From the NCBI GenBank assembly GCA_038207335.1, contig JBBQZX010000001.1:32001-96000 (forward strand): a stretch of 64,000 nucleotides of DNA, written 5' to 3'. Below the pieces are notes generated by a model. It had not been told where the DNA came from. It was given only the letters and a program-made list of their open reading frames with translations, and searched no databases. The translations under genes and the position numbers were made by a program. This stretch comes from Chthoniobacterales bacterium. GTDB taxonomy: Bacteria; Verrucomicrobiota; Verrucomicrobiia; Chthoniobacterales; Chthoniobacteraceae. Below are positions 47,153-55,923 of this stretch, piece after piece. The first letter of the stretch is position 1, and every line of letters begins with the position of its first letter.

Positions 47153-48591
47153 AACTGGAAATAGACGAAGGGCCGAGCCTGCTGCTGCGGGCCGGTGAGC
47201 GCGAGCGCGAGGAATGCGACGGCGAAGGCGTAGTAGGCGCTCCAGCGGAGCCAGCGCGGCTTGGTGGCGAGGATGTCCCAAACGGGTCGCGCGCGGCCGA
47301 TGGACTCGGCGGCGAAGAGCGCGCAGACGAGGGCGAGGGCGATGAGGAATTCGGCGGAGCTGAGGCCGGGATGGAGGGTGGCGATGGGCGCAGTGAAGTC
47401 GGTGAAGATACGCCGCATGATGAGAGATGCGTCGGCGAGATTCGAGGCGCGGAAGAAAACCCAGGTGAGGGCGATGAGATTGAAGACGAGCGCGATTTTC
47501 AGTGCAGCGGCGAGGGTGGACGGGTGCGGATTTGTGGGACGGATTTTGCGTAAGAGGAGTTGCGCGCTGACGAAGATTCCGTGGAGGAGGCCCCAGACGA
47601 CGAAGGTCCAATTTGCGCCGTGCCAGATACCGCTGAGGAAGAAAACGATGAGGAGATTCACGCAACGGCGGGCGAGCGGGACGCGGCTGCCGCCGAGCGG
47701 GATGAAGACGTAATCGCGGAACCAAGTGGAGAGTGAGATGTGCCAGCGACGCCAGAATTCGCCGACGGACTGCGCTAGATAGGGCCGCCAGAAATTCCGC
47801 ATGAGGTCGATGCCGAGGATGCGCGCGGTGCCGCGGGCGATGTCGGAGTAGCCGGAGAAGTCGCAATAGATCTGGACTGAAAATGCGTAGGTCGCGATGA
47901 GAAGCTGCGCGCCGGAATGCTGTGCTGGAGCGGCATAGACGGCATCGACGAGGATCGCGAGGCGGTCGGCGATGACGACTTTTTTGAAGAGACCGGAGGC
48001 GATGAGTTTCAGGCCGTCGAGGCAGCGGGCGAGGTCGAAGCGGATGAGCCGGATGTTGTGAAATTGCGCGAGAAGATTTTGCGGACGTTCGATGGGGCCG
48101 GCGACGAGCTGGGGGAAAAAGAGGACATAGACGGCGAAGTTGAGGAGCGAGCGCTCGGGCGGAACGCGTCGCCAATAGACCTCGAGCGTGTAGCTCATTG
48201 ACTGAAACGTGTGGAAGGAGAGGCCGATGGGCAGGAGGATCGCGAGGTGCGATAGCGGCGCGGGCTGGCCGAAATGTGCGAAGAGTCCTGAGATATTGTC
48301 CTGAAAGAAATTGAAGTATTTGAAGAAGCCGAGGAGGGAGAGATTTGCAGTCAGACTCGCGGCGAGGATCACGCGACGCCGCGTGCCATTGGCCTTTTCC
48401 AAGAGGAGCCCGGAGGTGAAATCGATGAGGATGACGCCGAATAGGATAAGGATGTAGGCAGGGACGAACGCCATGTAGAAGACACAACTGGCGACGAGCA
48501 GCAGCGGCATCCGGGCGCGGACGGGTAGGAGGAAGAAGAGAAGCGCGACCAGCGGGAAAAAGACCGCGAACTCAAGAGAGTTGAAGAGCAT
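47149..48591 (-). CDS. MBOAT O-acyltransferase (AlgI/DltB-like)
   Basis: LPIGLSFHTFQ, FPQLVAGPIER, DFSGYSDIA, FWRRWHISLS, GIWHGA, C-terminal PFVYFQF. Confidence 0.95.
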   Translation of the reverse strand: MLFNSLEFAVFFPLVALLFFLLPVRARMPLLLVASCVFYMAFVPAYILILFGVILIDFTSGLLLEKANGTRRRVILAASLTANLSLLGFFKYFNFFQDNISGLFAHFGQPAPLSHLAILLPIGLSFHTFQSMSYTLEVYWRRVPPERSLLNFAVYVLFFPQLVAGPIERPQNLLAQFHNIRLIRFDLARCLDGLKLIASGLFKKVVIADRLAILVDAVYAAPAQHSGAQLLIATYAFSVQIYCDFSGYSDIARGTARILGIDLMRNFWRPYLAQSVGEFWRRWHISLSTWFRDYVFIPLGGSRVPLARRCVNLLIVFFLSGIWHGANWTFVVWGLLHGIFVSAQLLLRKIRPTNPHPSTLAAALKIALVFNLIALTWVFFRASNLADASLIMRRIFTDFTAPIATLHPGLSSAEFLIALALVCALFAAESIGRARPVWDILATKPRWLRWSAYYAFAVAFLALALTGPQQQARPFVYFQF

Positions 48592-48665
48592 TCAGCGGAG
48601 AAATTAAACCGCGGAGGAACGGCGCCGCCGAGAATACCAGAGGCGTTCAATGCGCACTTTGCTGT

Positions 48666-49700
48666 TCAATGTTTTGTCGTTGCGATTGGAAGGTGGAGGG
48701 GATTTTCGCGGATGAGTTGATTCACGAAAATGTCCGCCATGAGGACGTGTCCGGCGGCGTTTGGGTGTGGGTCGTCGGCTTGGATCCAAAGCGAGGTGAC
48801 GTCGGCTCCGAACTGCTTTTGGAAGGTGGGAAAGGTGTTGGTCGTCGGGATGCCGAGTGCGGTGAAAGCGGTTTCCATTTTCGCGTAGAGGGCGGCGAAT
48901 GGTGAGCCGGGGGCGAGGTCGTGAATGTCGGGGATGATCTGAATTTCAAAGGACACCCCGGCGGCTCGGCAGCTGTCGCGCAACGCAGCGATGTGCTCTC
49001 GCGTGATTTTCCATGCGTCGGAATCGTCGGCGTAGAGCTGGTTGTAGAAGGTGAAGAGGTCGGTTTTTTGCTGCCGGAATTTGAACTGCCCGAAGCGGTC
49101 GTAGCAGAAGGCGGCGAGCAGCGAATGCTTTAGCAGAGGGCTGTCGTGGCCCATCGAGCGCGGCTGCACGTCGCTGATGAAGTAGTGGAGCAGCACCATG
49201 TCCGGTCGGACACGCGGGAATTGATCAAGGAAAAGCTGGTGCTGGAAGACGGTGTTGTAGTTGCCGATCCCGGCGTTCTGGATTTCAAAAGTGACGTCGG
49301 GGCCGAATAGCTTTTCGGTGTTGAGGCGATGCTCGGCGACGGCGGTGAAGACGGAGTCGGCGGAGACGCCCCAGCCCATGGTGATTGAGCTGCCGAGGAC
49401 GAGGATGCGCTCGGTGCCGGGGGGCTTTGGCTCGAGGAGTTCGGGGGCGCGGTTACCGAGGGAGTTGAGCGAAATTTCCACGCCCATGAGCCGCGCGCTG
49501 CTGCCCGGACGATGGACATGGCTGACGATGCCGCGAGGGTCGCGCATTTTCAGCGCCTTCGCGTATTTCACCATCTCGATATTGTAGATGAGCTTGCGCG
49601 CGGTAATGAGGCGGAGCGCGAGTTCGCCGAGCGCGAGGGTGAGGACGGTCGCGGTGAGGATGAAGATGCAGCCGAAGATCAGCTCGCGTTTGCGGGTCAT
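48666..49700 (-). CDS. Membrane-anchored SGNH/GDSL-family protein
   Basis: N-terminal TM (LGELALR), LGSSITMG, NAGIGNY, DPHPNAAGH. Confidence 0.85.
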   Translation of the reverse strand: MTRKRELIFGCIFILTATVLTLALGELALRLITARKLIYNIEMVKYAKALKMRDPRGIVSHVHRPGSSARLMGVEISLNSLGNRAPELLEPKPPGTERILVLGSSITMGWGVSADSVFTAVAEHRLNTEKLFGPDVTFEIQNAGIGNYNTVFQHQLFLDQFPRVRPDMVLLHYFISDVQPRSMGHDSPLLKHSLLAAFCYDRFGQFKFRQQKTDLFTFYNQLYADDSDAWKITREHIAALRDSCRAAGVSFEIQIIPDIHDLAPGSPFAALYAKMETAFTALGIPTTNTFPTFQKQFGADVTSLWIQADDPHPNAAGHVLMADIFVNQLIRENPLHLPIATTKH

Positions 49701-49827
49701 GCGAAAAAGGCGGAAATGGTCGAACTCCCGGGCACTAGGGAGGCGGGAGCGATGTGCGCCGCGCGCCGGGGTGGCGAGGCCCGGAGTTTGCACTTACGAT
49801 TTGCCCGCGAAAGTGAATTCTGCGCGC

Positions 49828-51009
49828 GTGAATTTTTCTCTGAAGGCAAAGCTGGTCGTGGCGCTTTTCGCGACGCTGTTTTGCATCCTCTTTCTAGAAG
49901 CCGCCGTGCGGATGATGTGCCGCCGGGATGTGGATGGGAATGTGTGGGTCCGATCGACGCACCTGAAGCCGTATTGTGTGCCGGTGAGATCGGTGGAGGC
50001 GGTGCTCGAGCAGTATGCGGCGAGACCCGATTCGGCGCTCGAATACGATGCGCAGCTCGGCTGGACACAGCGCCCCGGCGTCGATGTCCACAACGCGCAG
50101 GGGTTCATTTCATCGCAGCCGGAGGTGCCGCTTGTGGCAGCCTCCGGGCGGCTGCGCGTCGCGGTGTTTGGCGGCTCTTTTACGCAGGGGAATTTCCAGA
50201 CGGGCTGGTGGCGGGTGCTGGAGGAAAAATTGCGTGCCGCCGGGGTGGACGCGGAGGTGCTGAACTTCGGCGTGGCCGGTTACGGGATGGATCAGACACT
50301 GCTTCGATGGAGGCTGGACGGGGCGAAGTACTGCCCGGAAATCGTGGTCTTTGGTTTCTGTGCCGCGAATGCACGGGACAATGTGAACCTCGTCCGCGCG
50401 CTGCAGCACGCGGATAGCAGCATTCCTTTTTTAAAGCCACGCTTTTTGCTGGATGGTGAAAATCTGAAGCTGATCGATTCACCGACGCCGCCGCCGGATG
50501 CTGTGGCCGGGCTGCTAGCTCGGCTTTCGGAGTGGCCGTTGATCGGGGACGATTTCTTTTACGACCCGGATGATTTTCGGATGACATTACGGCGGAGAAG
50601 CCGCCTTTACGCCATGGTGGAGGCGAAAGTGGAGGCACTCACGGAGGGACGAGGGAATGCAGAGATTTACGCGCCGGAGGGTGAGCCGATGCGGCTTTCG
50701 GAGGGGATCGTGGATGAGTTTGCGCACCAGGTGGAGGTGGCGGGGAGCCGGTTCGTCGTCCTGAATCTGCCGACGGCGCCTGACCTTTTCGAGTTTCAAA
50801 CGCGGGGGGCATTTTCGTTTGAAAGCCTGTATCGTGCGTTGGAGAAAAAGCACGAAATGGTGCCGACGGAGGGCGCGCTTCTGGACGCTGCCGGGACTCG
50901 GCCACTCCGCGGTTTTTATCATGACGGTCACTACTCGAAGGAGTTCAACGCGGTGATTGGGAGGGTGCTGGCGGATGCGATACGAAGGGGGCGGGAGACT
51001 GGGAAGTGA
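49828..51009 (+). CDS. Membrane-anchored SGNH/GDSL-family protein
   Basis: N-terminal TM (LEAAVR), YDAQLGW, FGGSFTQG, NFGVAGYG, DGHY; start approximate. Confidence 0.82.
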   Translation: MNFSLKAKLVVALFATLFCILFLEAAVRMMCRRDVDGNVWVRSTHLKPYCVPVRSVEAVLEQYAARPDSALEYDAQLGWTQRPGVDVHNAQGFISSQPEVPLVAASGRLRVAVFGGSFTQGNFQTGWWRVLEEKLRAAGVDAEVLNFGVAGYGMDQTLLRWRLDGAKYCPEIVVFGFCAANARDNVNLVRALQHADSSIPFLKPRFLLDGENLKLIDSPTPPPDAVAGLLARLSEWPLIGDDFFYDPDDFRMTLRRRSRLYAMVEAKVEALTEGRGNAEIYAPEGEPMRLSEGIVDEFAHQVEVAGSRFVVLNLPTAPDLFEFQTRGAFSFESLYRALEKKHEMVPTEGALLDAAGTRPLRGFYHDGHYSKEFNAVIGRVLADAIRRGRETGK

Positions 51010-51042
51010 GAAAGGCACTGTCCACAGCGCGCACGCCTTCGG

Positions 51043-52185
51043 CTATTTTGTCCAGCGGTGGGCGTCGGGGCTTCGAAGGAAATGGATGAAGCCGCGGACG
51101 ATTGTGATGTTCAAAAAAAGAAATCCGGCGGGGAGCGAGAGGATGCGGGAGCGTGCGGACGGGAGCGCGATGCCGACGATGGCGAGAGCGTAGAAACAGC
51201 TCTGGCAGATGAATGGGAGGCGATACAGCCGATGAGCGAGGAGCGCGAGGTTGCTGGCGAAAAGCGCCGCGAGGAGGAACGGGGCGAGGAGGCGCAGGTA
51301 TTTGTGGGAGATTAGTTGCCACCAGAGGCGGTGCTTCCATGGGAGGAGCCACGCGGGATGCGCGATGAGCATTTGGAAATTACCGGCGAGTGTGCGGCGT
51401 TTGCGGTGGCGCTCGGCGGCGGGGCTCAGTGGCTGCGGGTCGAACGCAAGCGCGTCCGGGTCATGCAGCACCCGAAAGCCGCGAGCGGCGATCTGCATCG
51501 GAATGACGACATCATCGAGGATCGTGCCGGGTGCGAGCGGTGTGAATGCGGAGCGACGGATCGCGTAAACGGCGCCGGTGCAGCCGATGCAGGAATCCCA
51601 GTCGGATTCCGCGGCGCGGATGGATTTCTCCATTCGCCAGTACGCGTCCACGCCTTTGGCGAGGCCACTCTCCGAGGGTGCGATCTCGAGCGAGCCACTG
51701 ACGGCTCCGATTTTAGGATCGGAAAAATGCGCGGTGAGACGCGCGATGGTGTCGGATGAAAAACGCTGGCGCGCATCGGTGAAAACGAGGATATCCGCGG
51801 AGGCGCGCCGAACGGCGGCGTTGAGCCCGGCGGCTTTTCCGCGACGCTCGGCGAGGGAAAGCATGTCGATGCGCGAGCTTTCCAATGCGTGAGCCGCGGT
51901 GGTGGTGGCGTCAGTGGAACCGTCCGATATGAGGAGGACGCGCAACTTTTCGGGCGGATAGTCAGAGGCGAGCAGGTTTTCGATTCGCGTGGAAATGAGA
52001 GCGGCTTCGTTGTGCGCGACGACGATGGCGCAGACCTCGGGTTGTGGATGATCCTGCGCCATGGCGATGCCGCGAGCGCGGCGGTGCGCGAGGAAGCCGA
52101 TGAGGAGCTGGTATCCGAGAAATGTGTAGGCGAGCGCGAGCCCGCTTCCCCAAAAGATCGCGGTGAAAATGGGTGCGCCAGTCAT
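51043..52185 (-). CDS. Glycosyltransferase family 2 (membrane-anchored)
   Basis: AHNE, SDGSTD, GKAAGLN, FTDA, GAVYAIRR, LDD, SHKYLRL. Confidence 0.9.
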   Translation of the reverse strand: MTGAPIFTAIFWGSGLALAYTFLGYQLLIGFLAHRRARGIAMAQDHPQPEVCAIVVAHNEAALISTRIENLLASDYPPEKLRVLLISDGSTDATTTAAHALESSRIDMLSLAERRGKAAGLNAAVRRASADILVFTDARQRFSSDTIARLTAHFSDPKIGAVSGSLEIAPSESGLAKGVDAYWRMEKSIRAAESDWDSCIGCTGAVYAIRRSAFTPLAPGTILDDVVIPMQIAARGFRVLHDPDALAFDPQPLSPAAERHRKRRTLAGNFQMLIAHPAWLLPWKHRLWWQLISHKYLRLLAPFLLAALFASNLALLAHRLYRLPFICQSCFYALAIVGIALPSARSRILSLPAGFLFLNITIVRGFIHFLRSPDAHRWTK

Positions 52186-52222
52186 GTCTTCGCGAGCCCG
52201 CATGGCCGCACAGCCGAGGCGC

Positions 52223-53674
52223 TCACATGCGCTTCAAAACGGCGGCCCAGAAATGAATGGTGGCCCAGACGATAGTCCCAATGGCCAGCAGGTCGAACCA
52301 GCCGATGCGATTCCACGGCATCGCCGTGTTTGGCGCGGTTTCGGGCTCCATATTGTCGCGCTGCAAAGTGGCGATGGCCGCCACCGGTTCGAGCGCGAGC
52401 ACTGCGGTGTCGATGGCAGGCGCGAGTTCGCCGGCAAGTTCGGGCGTTGGCAAAAAACGACCGCGCCAGGACGGGATGGCGGGCGTGAGCGGCGCGGCTT
52501 CCGGATCGGGAACGTATTGCGAGATGCCGCGGAGATGCCGGTGAAATGCGGCGATCGCGGCGGTGAACATGAAGAAAGTCGGGCGATATCCGAAATCCAC
52601 CATCCATGAGGAAACGAGGTAGGAGACGACGAGGACGAAGAGACATCGCCGGATGCGCTCGTCGTCGTCCGTGGAGGTTTTCGCGGTGATGAGTGTGCGC
52701 AAATTGCAGAAGAGGACGCCGAGAAAGCAGAAGAGGCCGACTTTTCCCAGCTCCGCACCGATCTGCACGTAAGAAGAGTGTGCAGCTTTGTTGTAGTGGT
52801 GGACGGCCTTGAAGTCTTTTAGCCACTGGCCGTATCCGATCCCGGTTGTGCGTGTCTGTAGGCGGTTCAGGCCGTGGGTGAATGCGACGACGCGGCCCAT
52901 GATCGCGCCATCTGATTTCGCGCGGTCGAGTTCTGTCATGCGCGGAAGTTTCCAGAGGACGGCTCCGCCAAAACTGATCGCGGCGACGATGATGATTATC
53001 TGCACAGCCTTTGGCCGGCCAAACGTCTGCGTCGCGAGCACGGTGGCTGCGGTGCACAGAAACGCGCCTTTCGAGAGTGTGAGGTAGATGCACAAGAGCG
53101 GCAGGAGGATGAGGGTGATGCCAAGGCATTTCACTACGACTGGGCGCTTCCAGACGAAGAGGAAGTAGATCATTGGGATCGCCGGGACGACGTTGTGACC
53201 GAGCGCGTTTGGGTTTTTGAAGATGGAAAGATTGATCGTGAGGCGTCCTTGCATCCGGCCATTCGTAATCTCATAGCTGCCGAGCGGGTCGAATCCGTAC
53301 TCGCTCGCGACGGCGAGTGCGGCGAGGGCGACGACAAGGAGCGCCCACCAGCCGACGAATTGCCGAATGCGGGGCGTGGTGGTGAGCGTCTGGACGATGA
53401 CAACGTAGAAAACGGCGAGCGGGAAAACCGCCTTGCAGGTCTCCCAATGCGCGTCGGATGCGCTGATGATCCATGCGAAAAATGCGAGCATCATCCAGTC
53501 GTGCGGCGTCCTGAGCAGGTCGCCAAGGCGCAGGCTGCGCTCGCGAAAAAAGAGGGTGACCAGCGCCATGATCATGACGAGCTGGACGAAGTGGAGCTTT
53601 GAAAAAATAGCCCCCCACTCCTGCGGACGGATGTAATACATCACGAGGAAAAGGATGACGGAGACGAAGTCCAA
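52223..53674 (-). CDS. Wzy polymerase / O-antigen ligase-family protein
   Basis: YIRPQEW, NPNALG, TLSKGA, GIGYG, AHSSYVQIGAELG; multiple TM segments. Confidence 0.8.
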   Translation of the reverse strand: MDFVSVILFLVMYYIRPQEWGAIFSKLHFVQLVMIMALVTLFFRERSLRLGDLLRTPHDWMMLAFFAWIISASDAHWETCKAVFPLAVFYVVIVQTLTTTPRIRQFVGWWALLVVALAALAVASEYGFDPLGSYEITNGRMQGRLTINLSIFKNPNALGHNVVPAIPMIYFLFVWKRPVVVKCLGITLILLPLLCIYLTLSKGAFLCTAATVLATQTFGRPKAVQIIIIVAAISFGGAVLWKLPRMTELDRAKSDGAIMGRVVAFTHGLNRLQTRTTGIGYGQWLKDFKAVHHYNKAAHSSYVQIGAELGKVGLFCFLGVLFCNLRTLITAKTSTDDDERIRRCLFVLVVSYLVSSWMVDFGYRPTFFMFTAAIAAFHRHLRGISQYVPDPEAAPLTPAIPSWRGRFLPTPELAGELAPAIDTAVLALEPVAAIATLQRDNMEPETAPNTAMPWNRIGWFDLLAIGTIVWATIHFWAAVLKRM

Positions 53675-53761
53675 TTCGGTGAAAGTTGAGGGTTGTTGAG
53701 GTGAGCGTTGAGACGGATCTTTCGCTATTCTCCTTCCGGCAGGGCAGGGAAGAGTGAAGGA

Positions 53762-54892
53762 CTAACCGGCTCGGCGTGGTGCGGCGGTGGCGCGGTAGAG
53801 GCGCTCGTAAGCGTCAAGCATCGCGGCGATCGAGAAGCGGTCTACCGCTTTCCGGCGCGCGGCGCGGGCAAATGTAGCGAGCTGTGCGGGGTCGGCAAGC
53901 AGCCCGGTGAACGCGGCGGCGAGAGCGGTGGAGGTGGAGAGGTCGGTGATGATTCCGTCACGGCCGCTGTCGATGAATTGCTCGTGGCCGCATCCGGTAT
54001 TCGCGAGAACAGGGACTCCGCAGGACATGGCTTCTAGCGCGGCGTTCGAAAGACCTTCATTCGAGGAGGGGACTGCGAGGAGATCGAGCGCTTGGTAAAA
54101 TGGAACCGGGTCGAGTTTGAAGCCTGTCAGATGGATGCGATCGCAGTGCGGACTCGCTGCGGCGCGGTCGTGGATCGCACGTTCCTTTGGTCCGCCGCCA
54201 CCGATCACGAGGAGGTGTGCCGCTGGAAAATGGGGTGCGATTTTCTCGAATGAATCGAGGAGAACATCGTGGCGTTTGAACTCACCGAATCGCCCGGAGA
54301 TGCCAATGAATACAGCATCCGCAGGTAATCCGATCGCGTCGCGGGCGACGGAACGCTGCGCGGGTGTGAAGCGTGTGGTGTCCACGCCGTTTGGAATCGG
54401 CGTGATTCTTTCGAGTGGAAAATGGAGTGCGGCGAGTTGCGCGCGGATGCCGTCGGAGACGGTGTGAACGTGGCGGCAAGTGCGGTAGAGCCAGCGGCGT
54501 TGGCGCAGGCGTTTCGTGGTTAGGTCGGCGTCGGTTAGCTGGCTGTGCTCGCCGTGGAGGAGTGGCGTTCGGTAGCCGGCGAGCGTGGCGAGTGCGGAGT
54601 AAATGAGCGGGCCGAGATTGTGACTGTGGACGACATGAGGACGGACGCGGGAAATCTGCCGGGCGAGGCCGCGCACGGCTTTCCACGAAAAAGCGGTTTT
54701 TTTTCCCAGCACTTCGACGTCGCTGGGCGCTGGCAAACGTGCTGCGAACGCGCCGCGGCGCTCGAGGCAGGCGATGTGCATTTCGATGCCGCGTGGGAGC
54801 AATCCGCTGGCGAGATTGACGACGCCATTTTCCATCCCACCGGGTTCGAGCGAGTGGACAACGTGGAGGATTTTCAGCGGTGCGCTGCTCAC
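53762..54892 (-). CDS. Glycosyltransferase family 4
   Basis: ILHVVHSLEPGGME, NGVD, GRFGEFKRH, EGLSNAALEAM; GTG start overlaps the upstream stop. Confidence 0.9.
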   Translation of the reverse strand: MSSAPLKILHVVHSLEPGGMENGVVNLASGLLPRGIEMHIACLERRGAFAARLPAPSDVEVLGKKTAFSWKAVRGLARQISRVRPHVVHSHNLGPLIYSALATLAGYRTPLLHGEHSQLTDADLTTKRLRQRRWLYRTCRHVHTVSDGIRAQLAALHFPLERITPIPNGVDTTRFTPAQRSVARDAIGLPADAVFIGISGRFGEFKRHDVLLDSFEKIAPHFPAAHLLVIGGGGPKERAIHDRAAASPHCDRIHLTGFKLDPVPFYQALDLLAVPSSNEGLSNAALEAMSCGVPVLANTGCGHEQFIDSGRDGIITDLSTSTALAAAFTGLLADPAQLATFARAARRKAVDRFSIAAMLDAYERLYRATAAPRRAG

Positions 54893-55923
54893 CGGGTGCG
54901 TGGAAATGCGCCTTCCACAGCGGGCGGTGCGGTGACCTTTGCCGGTGCAGTGAGGAGGAATCGTGCGAGTGTGCGAAGCCTGAAAAGTGGACGCTCGGTG
55001 ATGCGGCCCGGGCGGAGAAAAATCGGATACAAAAGGACGGATGTCGTGAGGTAGGCGAGCGGGCGTAGGCGGAGCCCTTCGTCGAAATGTGTCCACGCGA
55101 TCTGGAAATAATGAACAGACCATGCGCGGAGCCAGAAGGGGATGTCGGCGTGTGAAACCGCCGCAGAAGACCAGGCTTTTCGCAGCACGGCGCGCGAGTT
55201 GTGCATCATGCGGGCGGCATTTTTGCTCATGTTGCCGGAGTGTCGGCGGATGAGCGCGAGTGGTTGGCCGATGAACCAAACGCGGTACCGCTTGGCGGCG
55301 CGAATCCACATGTCGCGATCCTCGGAACTGCGCAGCGAGGTATCAAAGTCCCCGCATTTTGCGAAGACGTCGCGGCGGATGACGATGGAGGAGGAGAGGG
55401 GGCGGTTGCGGAGGACGAAGTCGCGCGCGGTCAGCTCGCGGTCGGGCTCTGGGGCGGAATAGCGGGATTCGACGTGTGCGCCAGCGGAGTCCATTCTGAA
55501 ACTGTTCGTGGCAACGAGGGCGAAGGAATCGGAGAGTTGCGCGAACTGGCGCATGACATCCGCGAGGAGCGAGGGAAGCCAGAGATCATCGGCATCAAGG
55601 AATGCAACGAAGGGAAATCGCGCCTCGTGGATGCCGGTGTTCCGAGCGGCGGAAAGCCCGGCATTTTCCTGCCAAATATAGCGGACGCGAGGATCGGGTT
55701 GCTGTGCGACGATTGCGCGAGTGTCATCCGTGGAGCCATCGTCGATCACGATGACTTCCAGTTCGCGGTGCGTCTGGGCCAAACCGGACGCGATCGCGCC
55801 GAGGAGATAGTGCGCGTAATTGTGCGCGGGGATGACTACGGAAACACCGACAGCGCGACTCTCCGCATTGCCGACGCGCTGTGGCTGCGAAGAAAACTCC
55901 GGCTCAAGGCCACGACTCATCAC
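54889..55923 (-). CDS. Glycosyltransferase family 2
   Basis: VSVVIPAHN, IDDGSTD, SAARNTG, FLDADD, SED. Confidence 0.92.
   Translation of the reverse strand: MMSRGLEPEFSSQPQRVGNAESRAVGVSVVIPAHNYAHYLLGAIASGLAQTHRELEVIVIDDGSTDDTRAIVAQQPDPRVRYIWQENAGLSAARNTGIHEARFPFVAFLDADDLWLPSLLADVMRQFAQLSDSFALVATNSFRMDSAGAHVESRYSAPEPDRELTARDFVLRNRPLSSSIVIRRDVFAKCGDFDTSLRSSEDRDMWIRAAKRYRVWFIGQPLALIRRHSGNMSKNAARMMHNSRAVLRKAWSSAAVSHADIPFWLRAWSVHYFQIAWTHFDEGLRLRPLAYLTTSVLLYPIFLRPGRITERPLFRLRTLARFLLTAPAKVTAPPAVEGAFPRTR

Noticed and set aside
47153..48487. Apparent 1060-aa carbamoyltransferase with N-terminal fusion
   Set aside because: The extension is an off-frame read-through of the MBOAT gene; the real start is TTG 47152
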